Positions 10,109 to 18,734 of a DNA stretch of 64,000 nucleotides are shown piece after piece. Positions within the stretch are counted from its first letter, which is position 1. Every line of letters starts with the position of its first letter. Made by a program: the position numbers and the translations under genes. A model generated the notes under the pieces. It was given only the letters and a program-made list of their open reading frames with translations, had not been told where the DNA came from and did not search any database. Origin of the DNA: a virus; the IMG/VR virus record IMGVR_UViG_3300042561_001378, positions 14,144 to 78,143 of that record. One strand, given 5' to 3'.

Positions 10109-10723
10109 ATGAAAACTGCCCAAGTTAAAATCACAGGCCAAGCACCCTACACTCAGTCTCGGTTCCACGGTGAAGCCAAGCTACCCCGTGAAGGTAGCGA
10201 AGATTACGAAAACCGGACATGGCCAGGGAAGGCCCACCTGAATGAGGCTGAACAGGTCACGATACCTGCGCTGGCTTTCAAAAAGTGCCTTGCAGAAGCT
10301 GCAAAGTATCTATCTGAACAGATCCCAGGCAAGGGCAAGGCCACCTATACCAAGCACTTCCAGAGCGGGGTGATCGTGCTGACTGATAGCGTTGTCTCTT
10401 ACAAGGGCCAGCCGGTCACCAAAGCCTTGCTTGACGTTCCCAAAAGCGGATATTACGGAAACAGAATGTTTGTCCCCTCTGACGGGGTGGCAGGTTCTGG
10501 TAAACGGGTGTTTCGCACATTCCCGACCGTTGCTGACGGCTGGGAATGTGTTGTTGAATTCTTGATTATGGATGACATCATTACCCAGCCTGTCTTCCAG
10601 AAACACCTAACAATGGCTGGGATGTTGATTGGAGTCGGTGCCTTCCGGGTTCGTAATGGCGGGGTGATGGGCCGGTTTAAGTCTGAAATTCTGAGTTGGA
10701 CAGAAGACAAAGAGGTAGCATGA
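10109..10723 (+). CDS. solo RAMP/Cas7-like RNA-binding protein (Vipr-like candidate)
   Basis: 204 aa. N-terminal strand KITGQAPYTQSR, IPALAFKKCL (RAMP IPxxxxKxxL helix), RTFP...WECVVEF, and C-terminal Gly-rich loop AGMLIGVGAFRVRNGGVMGRF. Confidence 0.7.
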   Translation: MKTAQVKITGQAPYTQSRFHGEAKLPREGSEDYENRTWPGKAHLNEAEQVTIPALAFKKCLAEAAKYLSEQIPGKGKATYTKHFQSGVIVLTDSVVSYKGQPVTKALLDVPKSGYYGNRMFVPSDGVAGSGKRVFRTFPTVADGWECVVEFLIMDDIITQPVFQKHLTMAGMLIGVGAFRVRNGGVMGRFKSEILSWTEDKEVA

Positions 10724-11244
10724 TGGACGTTTTGACAGACAGCACCCCCGCCTTTGTGGGGAAACGCTCAATCTACACCCAGCTATTGATCCAGGCCATG
10801 CGGGATGTACCAGACGGGGAAACCTTCACCTACACCCAAGCCATGACCATCACTGGACTGAGTGCAACCAAGACAAAAACCTATCTCCTTTCAGCGATCC
10901 AGTCGCTGTTGAGAGATTACGGCATTGTCTATAACTGTTGCCGAAACGTGGGATATACCCGCTTAACGCCTGAAGAAGTGCCCACTGTAGCGAACACCAA
11001 AAACCTCACCAAGATGAGGGGAACCACTGGACGTTACAGGGATACCCTTGAAGCTGTAGACCCTGGCACCCTATCCCAAGAGGCCCAGACTAAGCACACC
11101 CTGGGAATGCTCAATGTCCACCTTATGGAGGGCGTCATTAGCCGCAAATCCCAGCGGGCGATTGGGAAACAGGTAGTGCAGTCAAAACCTGAACTGCCAG
11201 ACAGAGACAGGATGATCGCCCTGTATAAAGGGCTGTTCTCCTAG
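10720..11244 (+). CDS. accessory protein of the RAMP-array locus (possible winged-HTH)
   Basis: ATGA overlap with the RAMP gene and GAGG RBS; the array starts right after its stop codon. Confidence 0.6.
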   Translation: MMDVLTDSTPAFVGKRSIYTQLLIQAMRDVPDGETFTYTQAMTITGLSATKTKTYLLSAIQSLLRDYGIVYNCCRNVGYTRLTPEEVPTVANTKNLTKMRGTTGRYRDTLEAVDPGTLSQEAQTKHTLGMLNVHLMEGVISRKSQRAIGKQVVQSKPELPDRDRMIALYKGLFS

Positions 11245-11353
11245 GGGCAGATCAACTCAACTCATCTCGCATCTTCTCGTCTCCCCTCGACTCCTCTCAT
11301 CTCTTCTCTCCTCTCCTCTGCTCGACTCTACTCCACTCTTCTCGACTCAACCG

Positions 11354-12760
11354 AACCCCGTCAGCGATGGCGGGGTTTCTCATGGGCGGGGGTGGGGGTA
11401 TAATGAGGGGCAGATCAACTCGCATCGACTCTGCTCCCCTCATCTCAACTCGCCTCGCCTCGTCTCATCTCATCTCGACTCTTCTCGTCTCGCCTCAGCT
11501 CAGCACAAGGCAACTCAACCGAACCCCGTCAGCGATGGCGGGGTTTCTCATTGCGGGGGTATGGCATAATGGGGGGACAGCTCATCTCCACTCAACTCAC
11601 CTCCTCTTAACTCGGCTCTTCTCGTCTCCGCTCTCCTCGTCTCCTCTCGACTCTTCTCGTCTCGCCTCAGCTCAGCACAAGGCGGCTCAACCAAACCCCG
11701 CCAGCGATGGCGGGGTTTCTCATTGCGGGGGTATGGCATAATGGGGGGACAACTCAACTCTCCTCTCCTCCACTCGGCTCTGCTCCCCTCGCCTCTTCTC
11801 GACTCGACTCAACCGAACCCCGTCAGCGATGGCGGGGTTTCTCATGGCGGGGGGTGTGGCATAATGAGGGGACAACTCGTCTCAACTCCTCTCACCTCGG
11901 CTCGCATCTGCTCGTCTCTACTCATCTCTTCTCCCCTCATCTCGGCTCATCTCGACTCGACTCAACTCAGCTCATCTCTTCTCGTCTCGCCTCAGCTCAG
12001 CACAAGGCAGCTCAACCAAACCCCGTCAGCGATGGCGGGGTTTCTCATTACAGGGGTATGGCATAATGGGGGGACATCTCAGCTCCGCTCATCTCCCCTC
12101 GACTCATCTCGTCTCGACTCGTTTCCTCTCCCCTCGACTCGACTCGACCAAACCCCGTCATTGCTGGCGGGGTTTCTCATTGCGGGGGTATGGCATAATG
12201 GGGGGACAACTCGCCTCGGATCGCCTCACCTCGGCTCAACTCGGCTCGTCTCAACTCCCCTCGACTCGACTCAACCGAACCCCGTCAGCGATGGCGGGGT
12301 TTCTCATGGCAGGGGTGTGGCATAATGGGGGGACAGCTCAGCTCATCTCAACTCCCCTCGCCTCTACTCACCTCGACTCACATCTGCTCGGCTCATCTCG
12401 TCTCGCCTCAGCTCAGCACAAGGCAGCTCAACCAAACCCCGTCAGCGATGGCGGGGTTTCTCATGGGCAGGGTATGGCATAATGAGGGGACATCTCAGCT
12501 CCGCTCGGCTCTGCTCTGCTCGGCTCGCCTCGGCTCATCTCGCCTCACCTCGCCTCTGCTCATCTCGACTCAACCGAACCCCGTCAGCAATGGCGGGGTT
12601 TCTCGTGGGCGGGGTATGGCATAATGGGGGGACAGCTCATCTCGACTCGTCTCGGCTCAGCTCGTCTCCACTCGACTCCGCTCGCCTCCTCTCGACTCAT
12701 CTCGACTCCTCTCCGCTCTTCTCGACTCAACCAAACCCCGTCAGTGATGGCGGGGTTTCT
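11354..12760 (+). terminator. ten repeated intrinsic terminator-like hairpins
   Basis: ccccg(t/c)ca-loop-tggcgggg followed by tttct; loops are GCGA, GCAA or GTGA (GNRA), with TTGC once. Confidence 0.7.
11399..12625 (+). promoter_or_regulatory. nine repeated -10 promoter elements, one before each of units 2-10
   Basis: TATAAT at 11399; TGgCATAAT (extended -10) with CATAAT at 11565, 11737, 11860, 12062, 12194, 12321, 12478 and 12620. Confidence 0.65.
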
Positions 12761-12988
12761 CATTGCGCCACTGCCACACCACCCCAGGCCGTCGCGGGCT
12801 TTCCCCTGTCCCCAGATCCAGCACCTCGACCTCGACCCCGCCCGACCTCAGCACTACAGCATCGACACACCACCGCCCCACCAGCAGGCTCATCCCCGGT
12901 GGGTACAGATAAACCCAGGGGCACCATACCGCCAGCCCCCAGCGATCGCACCGCAGTCCCCATCGTTCGGCCTGGCCCTTTTCCATAC

Positions 12989-13210
12989 TCATCCCTCGTC
13001 CATCCACAGCACCCCCACCCACGGGGTATTAATCTCAGCCTCGCGCCGTACCCAGTCCAGCGCCACACAGGGCCGCGCATCCTCGCCCCACCACTGACAC
13101 ACCGGGCGAAACGTGATCGACACATCGCCAAACTGCCAGCAGTCCGCCACCTTTACCCCGCAAGTGTAGTAGCGGAGCCAGGGGTAAAAAGTTCGCAGTA
13201 GGGGTGACAT
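12989..13210 (-). CDS. hypothetical protein
   Basis: 73-aa Trp-rich ORF converging on the array. Confidence 0.3.
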   Translation of the reverse strand: MSPLLRTFYPWLRYYTCGVKVADCWQFGDVSITFRPVCQWWGEDARPCVALDWVRREAEINTPWVGVLWMDEG

Positions 13211-13263
13211 GGCGTGGGGCTTGTAGGGCTACCGTGATTCTACCGCAGGCCACCCGGTCGCAA

Positions 13264-13397
13264 CCCTGTACAGGGTGTGCAGGCCATGCAGGCCTCCGTT
13301 GAAATTATTTTGCTGTGTGTGCGGCGGAATTTTTTCGGAAACACACAGCACTTTCACGCTAGAAACCGGGGGTGTTTGCCCTACACGGCCTGCACAG
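13264..13397 (-). repeat. about 130-bp element, inverted copy (other copies at 43834-43964 and 47428-47561)
   Basis: Reverse complement matches tgtgcagg...ttctagcg...aaaaaattccgccgcacacac...aaataatttcaacggaggcctgcatggcctgcacacc. Confidence 0.85.
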
Positions 13398-13704
13398 CCC
13401 TAGTGCGATCGCCCTAAAACCCCTGTTCTCTCGTTGCGGCCCATCATTCCCGGCGCATCAGTACAGGAGGTACAGGGCACTATTCCCCAACCTTTTCTTA
13501 TATACTTTTACTGTGCATAGACAGCACAAAACAGACCACGTTGCCGGGGTCTTTTTGAAATTGTAGCACCTTGCACGGCCCTGAACCATGACCCTAGACC
13601 CCGGCGATCGCTGTTACTACTGCACCGGCAAAACCCTGGACCCTGCCGTTGTGGTGGGGTGCCCCATGGACGTGCTGGTGTTGCGGGTAGATTGGGGCGA
13701 TCGC

Positions 13705-14275
13705 TGCACCGACATGGGCCTAGAGTGGGCACCGGGTAGCGAGGAGTGGGACAGGATTGCGCCGCCGTTCTGAGGCGGGGCAGAGTGTTAGGCCGCTAAT
13801 CCTGACCAGCCCGGTAAAATAAAAAAGCCGTTTGCTAGGTGGCATGATGCCTGAAAATAATTTGTTGGTAAAAACCGATGGCGGCTGGGTGTGGGCCGAC
13901 AACCCTTTAGCGACTCAGGCCAGGAAAGAATTTGAGACTTCCGTGTTTGCTCTAGATAACGAGAACACGTCTAAGGTACTCGCGGAGATGCTGGTTGCGG
14001 CGATCGGGGCTGGTGCCGTGGGGGAAGATTTTCAGGATCTGATAATAAAAGTGGTCACCGGGGCCATTACCAAGATCCAAGAAGATGCCCGGAGTGCCTG
14101 GGCATTTGTTCACGAGAATACTGGCCTTGATTCTCTTGACGAGACGGATCTTACATACAACTGGCCAAAGGGCGAGTTTTCCCTAGCTGAGCCTGTGACT
14201 GAAAATGCACCGACCTGGGCCTAGAGTGGGCACCGGGTAGCGAGGAGTGGGACAGGATTGTACCGCCGTTCTGAG
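13705..14275 (+). repeat. 70-bp direct repeat pair (13705-13774 and 14206-14275) flanking one gene
   Basis: tgcaccgac.tgggcctagagtgggcaccgggtagcgaggagtgggacaggattg..ccgccgttctgag, 3 mismatches. Confidence 0.9.
13844..14224 (+). CDS. hypothetical protein between direct repeats
   Basis: Acidic ORF of about 126 aa. Confidence 0.5.
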   Translation: MMPENNLLVKTDGGWVWADNPLATQARKEFETSVFALDNENTSKVLAEMLVAAIGAGAVGEDFQDLIIKVVTGAITKIQEDARSAWAFVHENTGLDSLDETDLTYNWPKGEFSLAEPVTENAPTWA

Positions 14276-14451
14276 TGGTGAAAAGGCGCGACCTGGGCCA
14301 TAGCAATTCGCCAGAGGTCTTCCCGTCCACGCCAACTGTACCGGGGTTGTGATTGACAAGGCCATGGTTGGCAGCCCTACCCTGCGGTATTACAAAGGCT
14401 ATGGCCCAGGTCGCCCTGCCATTCTACCAAGCGACCCTCCAGCAGTTAGGG

Positions 14452-14481
14452 TTGACAGTCACGAAAGGTGTTTGTTATAGT
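14452..14481 (+). promoter_or_regulatory. conserved moron promoter, copy 1
   Basis: TTGACA-gtcacgaaaggtgtttgt-TATAGT. Confidence 0.8.
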
Positions 14482-14610
14482 GATTGTATCCGCAACTGAG
14501 GACGCCCACCGATGACTGCCCAATGGGCAAGTACAGCATGGCCCGGTTATCCGCGCCGCCTAGCCCCACCCGCCCATCCCTGATGGGCTATCCACCACTG
14601 AACAACCGCC

Positions 14611-15315
14611 ATGAAAATCTATCAATCAAATGTTTCAAAGTTGGTCGAGTCACTTACGCCCGCCCAAGTTTTAGCCCTAGGCGGGGTGCTCTTAGAGCAT
14701 CCTGAATTACTATCAAGCGCTTTGACTCAGGCATACACAGCCATGCCTGAGTCAAAGCAGATTGAAGCCCGTCAACAAATGAACAGGCTATTTTGTGACC
14801 GCATCGAATAATGACCGCCGCGCCAAGTTCATATCACCGCAACCGAGACTAACCATGCAATACCCTGAATCGCCCGAGTGGCAGGCCCTAGCGCTTGCCT
14901 TTGAAGAGTGTATGCAGCTAGAAGGGCAGGGCCTCCCAATGGCTGCTCATATCCAACGGCTCAGGGCAGCGAGTGAGGCCAACACCACCCACTGGGGTGA
15001 TCAATGGCAAAAACACAATGCCATCCGCAACTACCTGAAATCGTGGGACGTTACCCTATGACCACCTACATCCTTGAGCGTGGCAGCTACCAGGCCGCGT
15101 CCCTGGGCTACTCCTACGCCCGTCGGGCTCAGTCCGTGGCTCAGACGCTGCGGTGGCACCAGGTAGCCATCATTGACGCGGAGAACATCACTGAGGCCGT
15201 AGAAGAAGCTACCCTGGCGATCGCTCAATGGAGCGGCCAGGGCTTTACCGGGCCACGTTGGCGGGTGGAGGGCCGTGGCGCTGCAATCCACGAAAACCAA
15301 GAAATATACCCATGA
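14611..15315 (+). CDS. three small hypothetical moron genes (14611..14811, 14795..15061, 15058..15315)
   Basis: Overlapping short ORFs downstream of the promoter. Confidence 0.45.
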
Positions 15316-15339
15316 TCCCGCCCTTTCTGCGATCGCCCC

Positions 15340-15531
15340 ATGGCCCGCAACGGCACCACCAACGACCACCAGCGCTGGCGCTGCCGTGCTTGCGGCCATG
15401 GCCTCACCAATGGCCCCAATACCCACGGAGGCTACCGCCACGGCCAGCAGGGGCGCACTGGGGCAGATAGGGTGAGGGATTGCAGGGAGAGGCAGCGATC
15501 GAGCGACGGTGAGCCTAGCAGTACCCTCTGA
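15340..15531 (+). CDS. InsA-like zinc-ribbon protein (possibly frameshifted at the 5' end)
   Basis: RNG...QRWRCRACG; similar to 30804..31025. Confidence 0.45.
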   Translation: MARNGTTNDHQRWRCRACGHGLTNGPNTHGGYRHGQQGRTGADRVRDCRERQRSSDGEPSSTL

Positions 15532-15542
15532 GGACAGGCACT

Positions 15543-15577
15543 AAAAAACCCCCAGCGTGTGCCGGGGGTTTTGTTTT
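15543..15577. terminator. bidirectional intrinsic terminator
   Basis: aaaaaaccccc...gggggttttgtttt between convergent genes. Confidence 0.7.
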
Positions 15578-15588
15578 GGCCTCGTGGC

Positions 15589-15789
15589 CTAGCGCTTTAG
15601 CGCTGTAGCTGCAATCTGTAGCGCGGCGGCTACGTTTGCGTCGAAGTCCATCTCGCGTAGCCTGGCTTCGTTGTGCCGCTCACGGATGGCGGCCATCCGT
15701 GAGCGGTGCGCTCTCAGTGCCCCCTGCATCCGCTCCTGAATGAACTGGGCATCGGTGGCCATTTCCTGAATCATTGTTTGGTTTTCCAT
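15589..15789 (-). CDS. hypothetical protein
   Basis: 66-aa helical ORF with an upstream AAGGA. Confidence 0.45.
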   Translation of the reverse strand: MENQTMIQEMATDAQFIQERMQGALRAHRSRMAAIRERHNEARLREMDFDANVAAALQIAATALKR

Positions 15790-16292
15790 GGTCGTTTGCG
15801 TCCTTGCGTGCGTACCTCTCTACTGTACCCTCACAATCGCCCACAACAAAGCCCTTGCAGTATGGGCGTTTCAGCGATCAGGCTGGCAAAACTCCCCTAA
15901 ATCTGGCCCTGGGATCGCTGTTTTTGAGGCTACTTAGTACATGCGCTCATAAAGATTCCGTGAAGCGATCGGTGTTTCTTTATAAAGCTAAATTAAAGCA
16001 TCGCTACAAATGTACTACTCTTGTCAGAATGCCCGCCTAGTATGGCTTTTGGGTGTCAATAGGGTTTACGCAGTCTTCATATAAAGATTGGGAATTGGCC
16101 TCAAAGCCTTATAGTGTGGGCCCTTGAGAACTTTACAGCATGGCGAGCTTCACAATTGGGTTGTCCCGATGGCACAGAAAAACCCCAGGATGCACAGCGA
16201 CGGCCCCCACCGCTGGGAGTGCTTTGCTTGTAGCAAGGGTGCCTCAATCGACGGCGGGCCAGGCTGGGGCGCGTCGAGGGGCTGGGTGGAGG

Positions 16293-16663
16293 TTACTCTG
16301 CCGCCATAGCTGCAATAACAGCTTCCCAATCAACTGAGTCACCAGGGGCAAACGCGGCCCAGTTTGATGCCACCACAATGTCCACAGCTTCAGGCGGCGT
16401 ATCGGGGTGGTGAGGGTTGGCACAGCGCACCCACAGGATAGGGCTAAGGGCTGAGCTTGCACCTAAGGCTACCCCTAAGGCTTCTCTACTGGGGACACCT
16501 TCAGAGGCCAGCTCACAGGCCACGAAATCAGCGTAATAGTGCGTAGGCTCATCCTCGGGAAATGGCCGGAAAGTGGCGACAATGCCATCAGGGTTGGCAA
16601 AGGCAGGGCTACGGCATCGAGAGGCACGACTAGCCAGTATTGCCAAATTGATTTACTTAGCAT
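16293..16663 (-). CDS. hypothetical virion-associated protein, apparently split by a 1-nt frameshift
   Basis: The TAATG-coupled start (MLSKSIWQYWLVVPLDAVA) is in a different frame from the long C-terminal part (AFANPDGIVATF...). Confidence 0.35.
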
Positions 16664-17922
16664 TAGTAACCTCCTGTAACGGTGATCGTCCAGCCCCGCC
16701 CCCGCATGGCATTAATAGCCGCATTACCTGTAGCAGATGGGGCACTGCCACCGCTCTGGTTAAAGGTGCCGTTGCTGGTGTTGTTGGAGTTAATCGATAC
16801 CAGGATGTTGTCAATGCTGCCTTGAGTTAGGGCTGTATTTGTGAATGAGTTGGTAAAGTTGGTGGCTGAGCAACCATTGAAAAAGCTTGCCGGAAATGTA
16901 GTTAGCCCTGTGCAACCACGCCAAGCCTCACTAAAGGTTGTTCCGGCTGCTGTATTGATTAATGGGAATGAAGTTAGCCCTGTGCAACCTTGCCAAGTAG
17001 CAAAAAAGGTTGTTCCGGCTGCTGTATTGATTAATGGAAATGTAGTTAGCCCTGAGCAAACACGCCAAGCCTCACTAAAGGTTGTTCCGGCTGCTGTATT
17101 GATTAATGGGAATGAAGTTAGCCCTGAGCAGCCATTCCAAGCACTAAAAAAGCTTGTTCCGGCTGCTGTATTGATCAATGGAAATGAAGTTAGCCCTGAG
17201 CAATTTCGCCAAGCATTACTAAAGTTTGTTGCGGCTGCTGTATTGATCAATGGAAATGAAGTTAGCCCTGAGCAGCCATTCCAAGCACTAAAAAAGCTTG
17301 TTCCGGCTGCTGTATTGATTAATGGAAATGAAGTTAGAAAACTAAAATCTCTGAAGTAGTTTAAAAAGCTCGTAATGCTTGCGAAGTCATTATCTACGGC
17401 TCCTTCTGCCACCACAAACGCTTTAATCCGGCCAATGTCTGCGCTGTCAAACGCGCCCGAAACCCAGTGGATCATCCCTGGGATATTCCGCACAGTTAGC
17501 GATGCTGGGATATTGCCGATAGAATTTAATATTCCGGCATTGGTAGCTATTACAATATTCGCCCCAGTAGCAGCGGTAGGGCTACCCTGTAGTGTTTTGG
17601 TGTAGTCTCCCACTAACCTGGTAGGGCTCGCAGCCAAGGTAGGACGGTTTACAGAATTGCTCTGAGTCCAGGTTCGTGCCACCGCATTATCTTTAATCGC
17701 CGCTACAGCATCGCCTGTGAGTGCTGGTACGGTTGCCGCAGTATCGCTAAAGGCGGCAAAGGCATCTAGCCAAATATTAGCTTTGGCAAAGCTGGCGATC
17801 GTGGCTTGATCTATCCAGCCCGCAGACGATCTCCGCCCCGCAGGCAGGGCCGTGAGAGCGGAGAAGTTGAGGCCCGCCGCCCCCGATCGCACCAACCCCA
17901 ACCCGAGTCCCATGCTTGGCAT
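16663..17922 (-). CDS. BspA/DUF285-like leucine-rich-repeat protein (putative receptor-binding or surface protein)
   Basis: About six 25-aa repeats LTSFPLINTAAGTxFxxAWxGCSG (75 bp); C-terminal SIDNILVSI...GWTITVTG cap. Confidence 0.75.
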   Translation of the reverse strand: MPSMGLGLGLVRSGAAGLNFSALTALPAGRRSSAGWIDQATIASFAKANIWLDAFAAFSDTAATVPALTGDAVAAIKDNAVARTWTQSNSVNRPTLAASPTRLVGDYTKTLQGSPTAATGANIVIATNAGILNSIGNIPASLTVRNIPGMIHWVSGAFDSADIGRIKAFVVAEGAVDNDFASITSFLNYFRDFSFLTSFPLINTAAGTSFFSAWNGCSGLTSFPLINTAAATNFSNAWRNCSGLTSFPLINTAAGTSFFSAWNGCSGLTSFPLINTAAGTTFSEAWRVCSGLTTFPLINTAAGTTFFATWQGCTGLTSFPLINTAAGTTFSEAWRGCTGLTTFPASFFNGCSATNFTNSFTNTALTQGSIDNILVSINSNNTSNGTFNQSGGSAPSATGNAAINAMRGRGWTITVTGGY

Positions 17923-18179
17923 TAGCCCACCCTATAGCCAGTACATTGTCCAGCCGATAGCGTCACCGTTGCGGCCAATTTATCGCCAAAGGTCTGGACT
18001 TGCCCCGCCGCCAGCGCATAGCCGCTGTAGTTGGAGGGCAGGCCAGTGGTGCTAAATGTGCAACCGTTAGCGCTTGCCTGGATAGCGCTGAACGGCCCGG
18101 TCGTCGATGCCGTGGTTGTGATCGGGATTGGTGTTCCCCCGATTAATTTTTGATCGGCATTGGTGATAGTATTTTTCAC
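17922..18179 (-). CDS. hypothetical structural protein
   Basis: 85 aa, Thr/Ala-rich, coupled to the LRR gene. Confidence 0.5.
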   Translation of the reverse strand: MKNTITNADQKLIGGTPIPITTTASTTGPFSAIQASANGCTFSTTGLPSNYSGYALAAGQVQTFGDKLAATVTLSAGQCTGYRVG

Positions 18180-18181
18180 AA

Positions 18182-18403
18182 CTATTTGGCCCCTTTCAAC
18201 TCGCTACTCAGCTTTACAATGCGATTGGTTTTGCCGTCTTGTTTGATGACAACAGCGGGGTTTTCTTTGCTGCCATTGCGAACGATGGTAGAGTCTCCAG
18301 ACTTGATTTCAACGCGCCCGGTGCTCACTCGGGTAACGGTGCCAGTGCCAGTGCCAGTGCCATAGTTCCAGGTAACGGTACTGCCTTTTTTAGGGGTTGC
18401 CAT
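18182..18403 (-). CDS. HVA1/DUF2945-like Tudor domain protein
   Basis: GSTVTWNYGTGTGTGTV...RNGSKENPAVVIKQ..IVKLSSEL. Confidence 0.65.
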   Translation of the reverse strand: MATPKKGSTVTWNYGTGTGTGTVTRVSTGRVEIKSGDSTIVRNGSKENPAVVIKQDGKTNRIVKLSSELKGAK

Positions 18404-18732
18404 TACTTTTTCTCCTGTCGCTTTACAAAAGCGGCGGCTGACTTGATTGCAGCCTTGCCACCCCAGCCCATCACGGCCTGGATAGCTTTGGAGTCGGCGG
18501 CAGTCTTGCCCTGGGCGGCTGCTTTATCAGCGGCGGGGACATGGCGGGCAAATGCGGCAACACGCTTGGCAGTCTCTAGGGTCATCGGCTCCCCGCTGGC
18601 GAATTGAGCAGCCCGCTTAACCCCGGTTGGAGTCATGGCGCGGCGGCTAGGCGGTAGCTCTTGCCGGAGCTCCAGCACCCGCTTGGCCTGGGTCTGTGCT
18701 GATTTCGGGGGTATCCATTTAGGGGTTGCCAT
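18403..18732 (-). CDS. basic phage head-associated hypothetical protein
   Basis: 109 aa, within the head operon. Confidence 0.5.
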   Translation of the reverse strand: MATPKWIPPKSAQTQAKRVLELRQELPPSRRAMTPTGVKRAAQFASGEPMTLETAKRVAAFARHVPAADKAAAQGKTAADSKAIQAVMGWGGKAAIKSAAAFVKRQEKK

Positions 18733-18734
18733 TG

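Larger units (their letters stand above)
11245..12765 (+). ncRNA. array of 10 putative guide-like small RNAs built of CTC-NN pentamers, each ending in a terminator hairpin
   Basis: Tracts at 11251-11350, 11414-11518, 11581-11690, 11753-11812, 11876-12015, 12078-12147, 12210-12274, 12337-12431, 12494-12573 and 12636-12730. They are separated by a conserved aaccccgtca-GCGA-tggcggggtttctca...tggCATAATggggggac linker. Confidence 0.8.

Noticed and set aside
11245-12765. Canonical CRISPR array, TIGR array or simple microsatellite
   Set aside because: The spacers are 60-140 nt and internally periodic; there is no cas1/cas6, no box C/D motifs and no Nop-domain gene. The NN positions vary too much, with strict phase, for a slippage microsatellite.
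11367-13201. Many overlapping Ser/Leu-rich ORFs across the array
   Set aside because: They are by-products of a stop-poor CTC-NN repeat. The 5-nt period is incompatible with codon structure, and terminators interrupt them.
15340-15531. IS1 insertion sequence
   Set aside because: Only a zinc-ribbon resemblance; no InsB/DDE domain or terminal inverted repeats. The same applies to 30804..31025.
16663-17922. Diversity-generating retroelement target
   Set aside because: No reverse transcriptase and no separate template repeat in the window.
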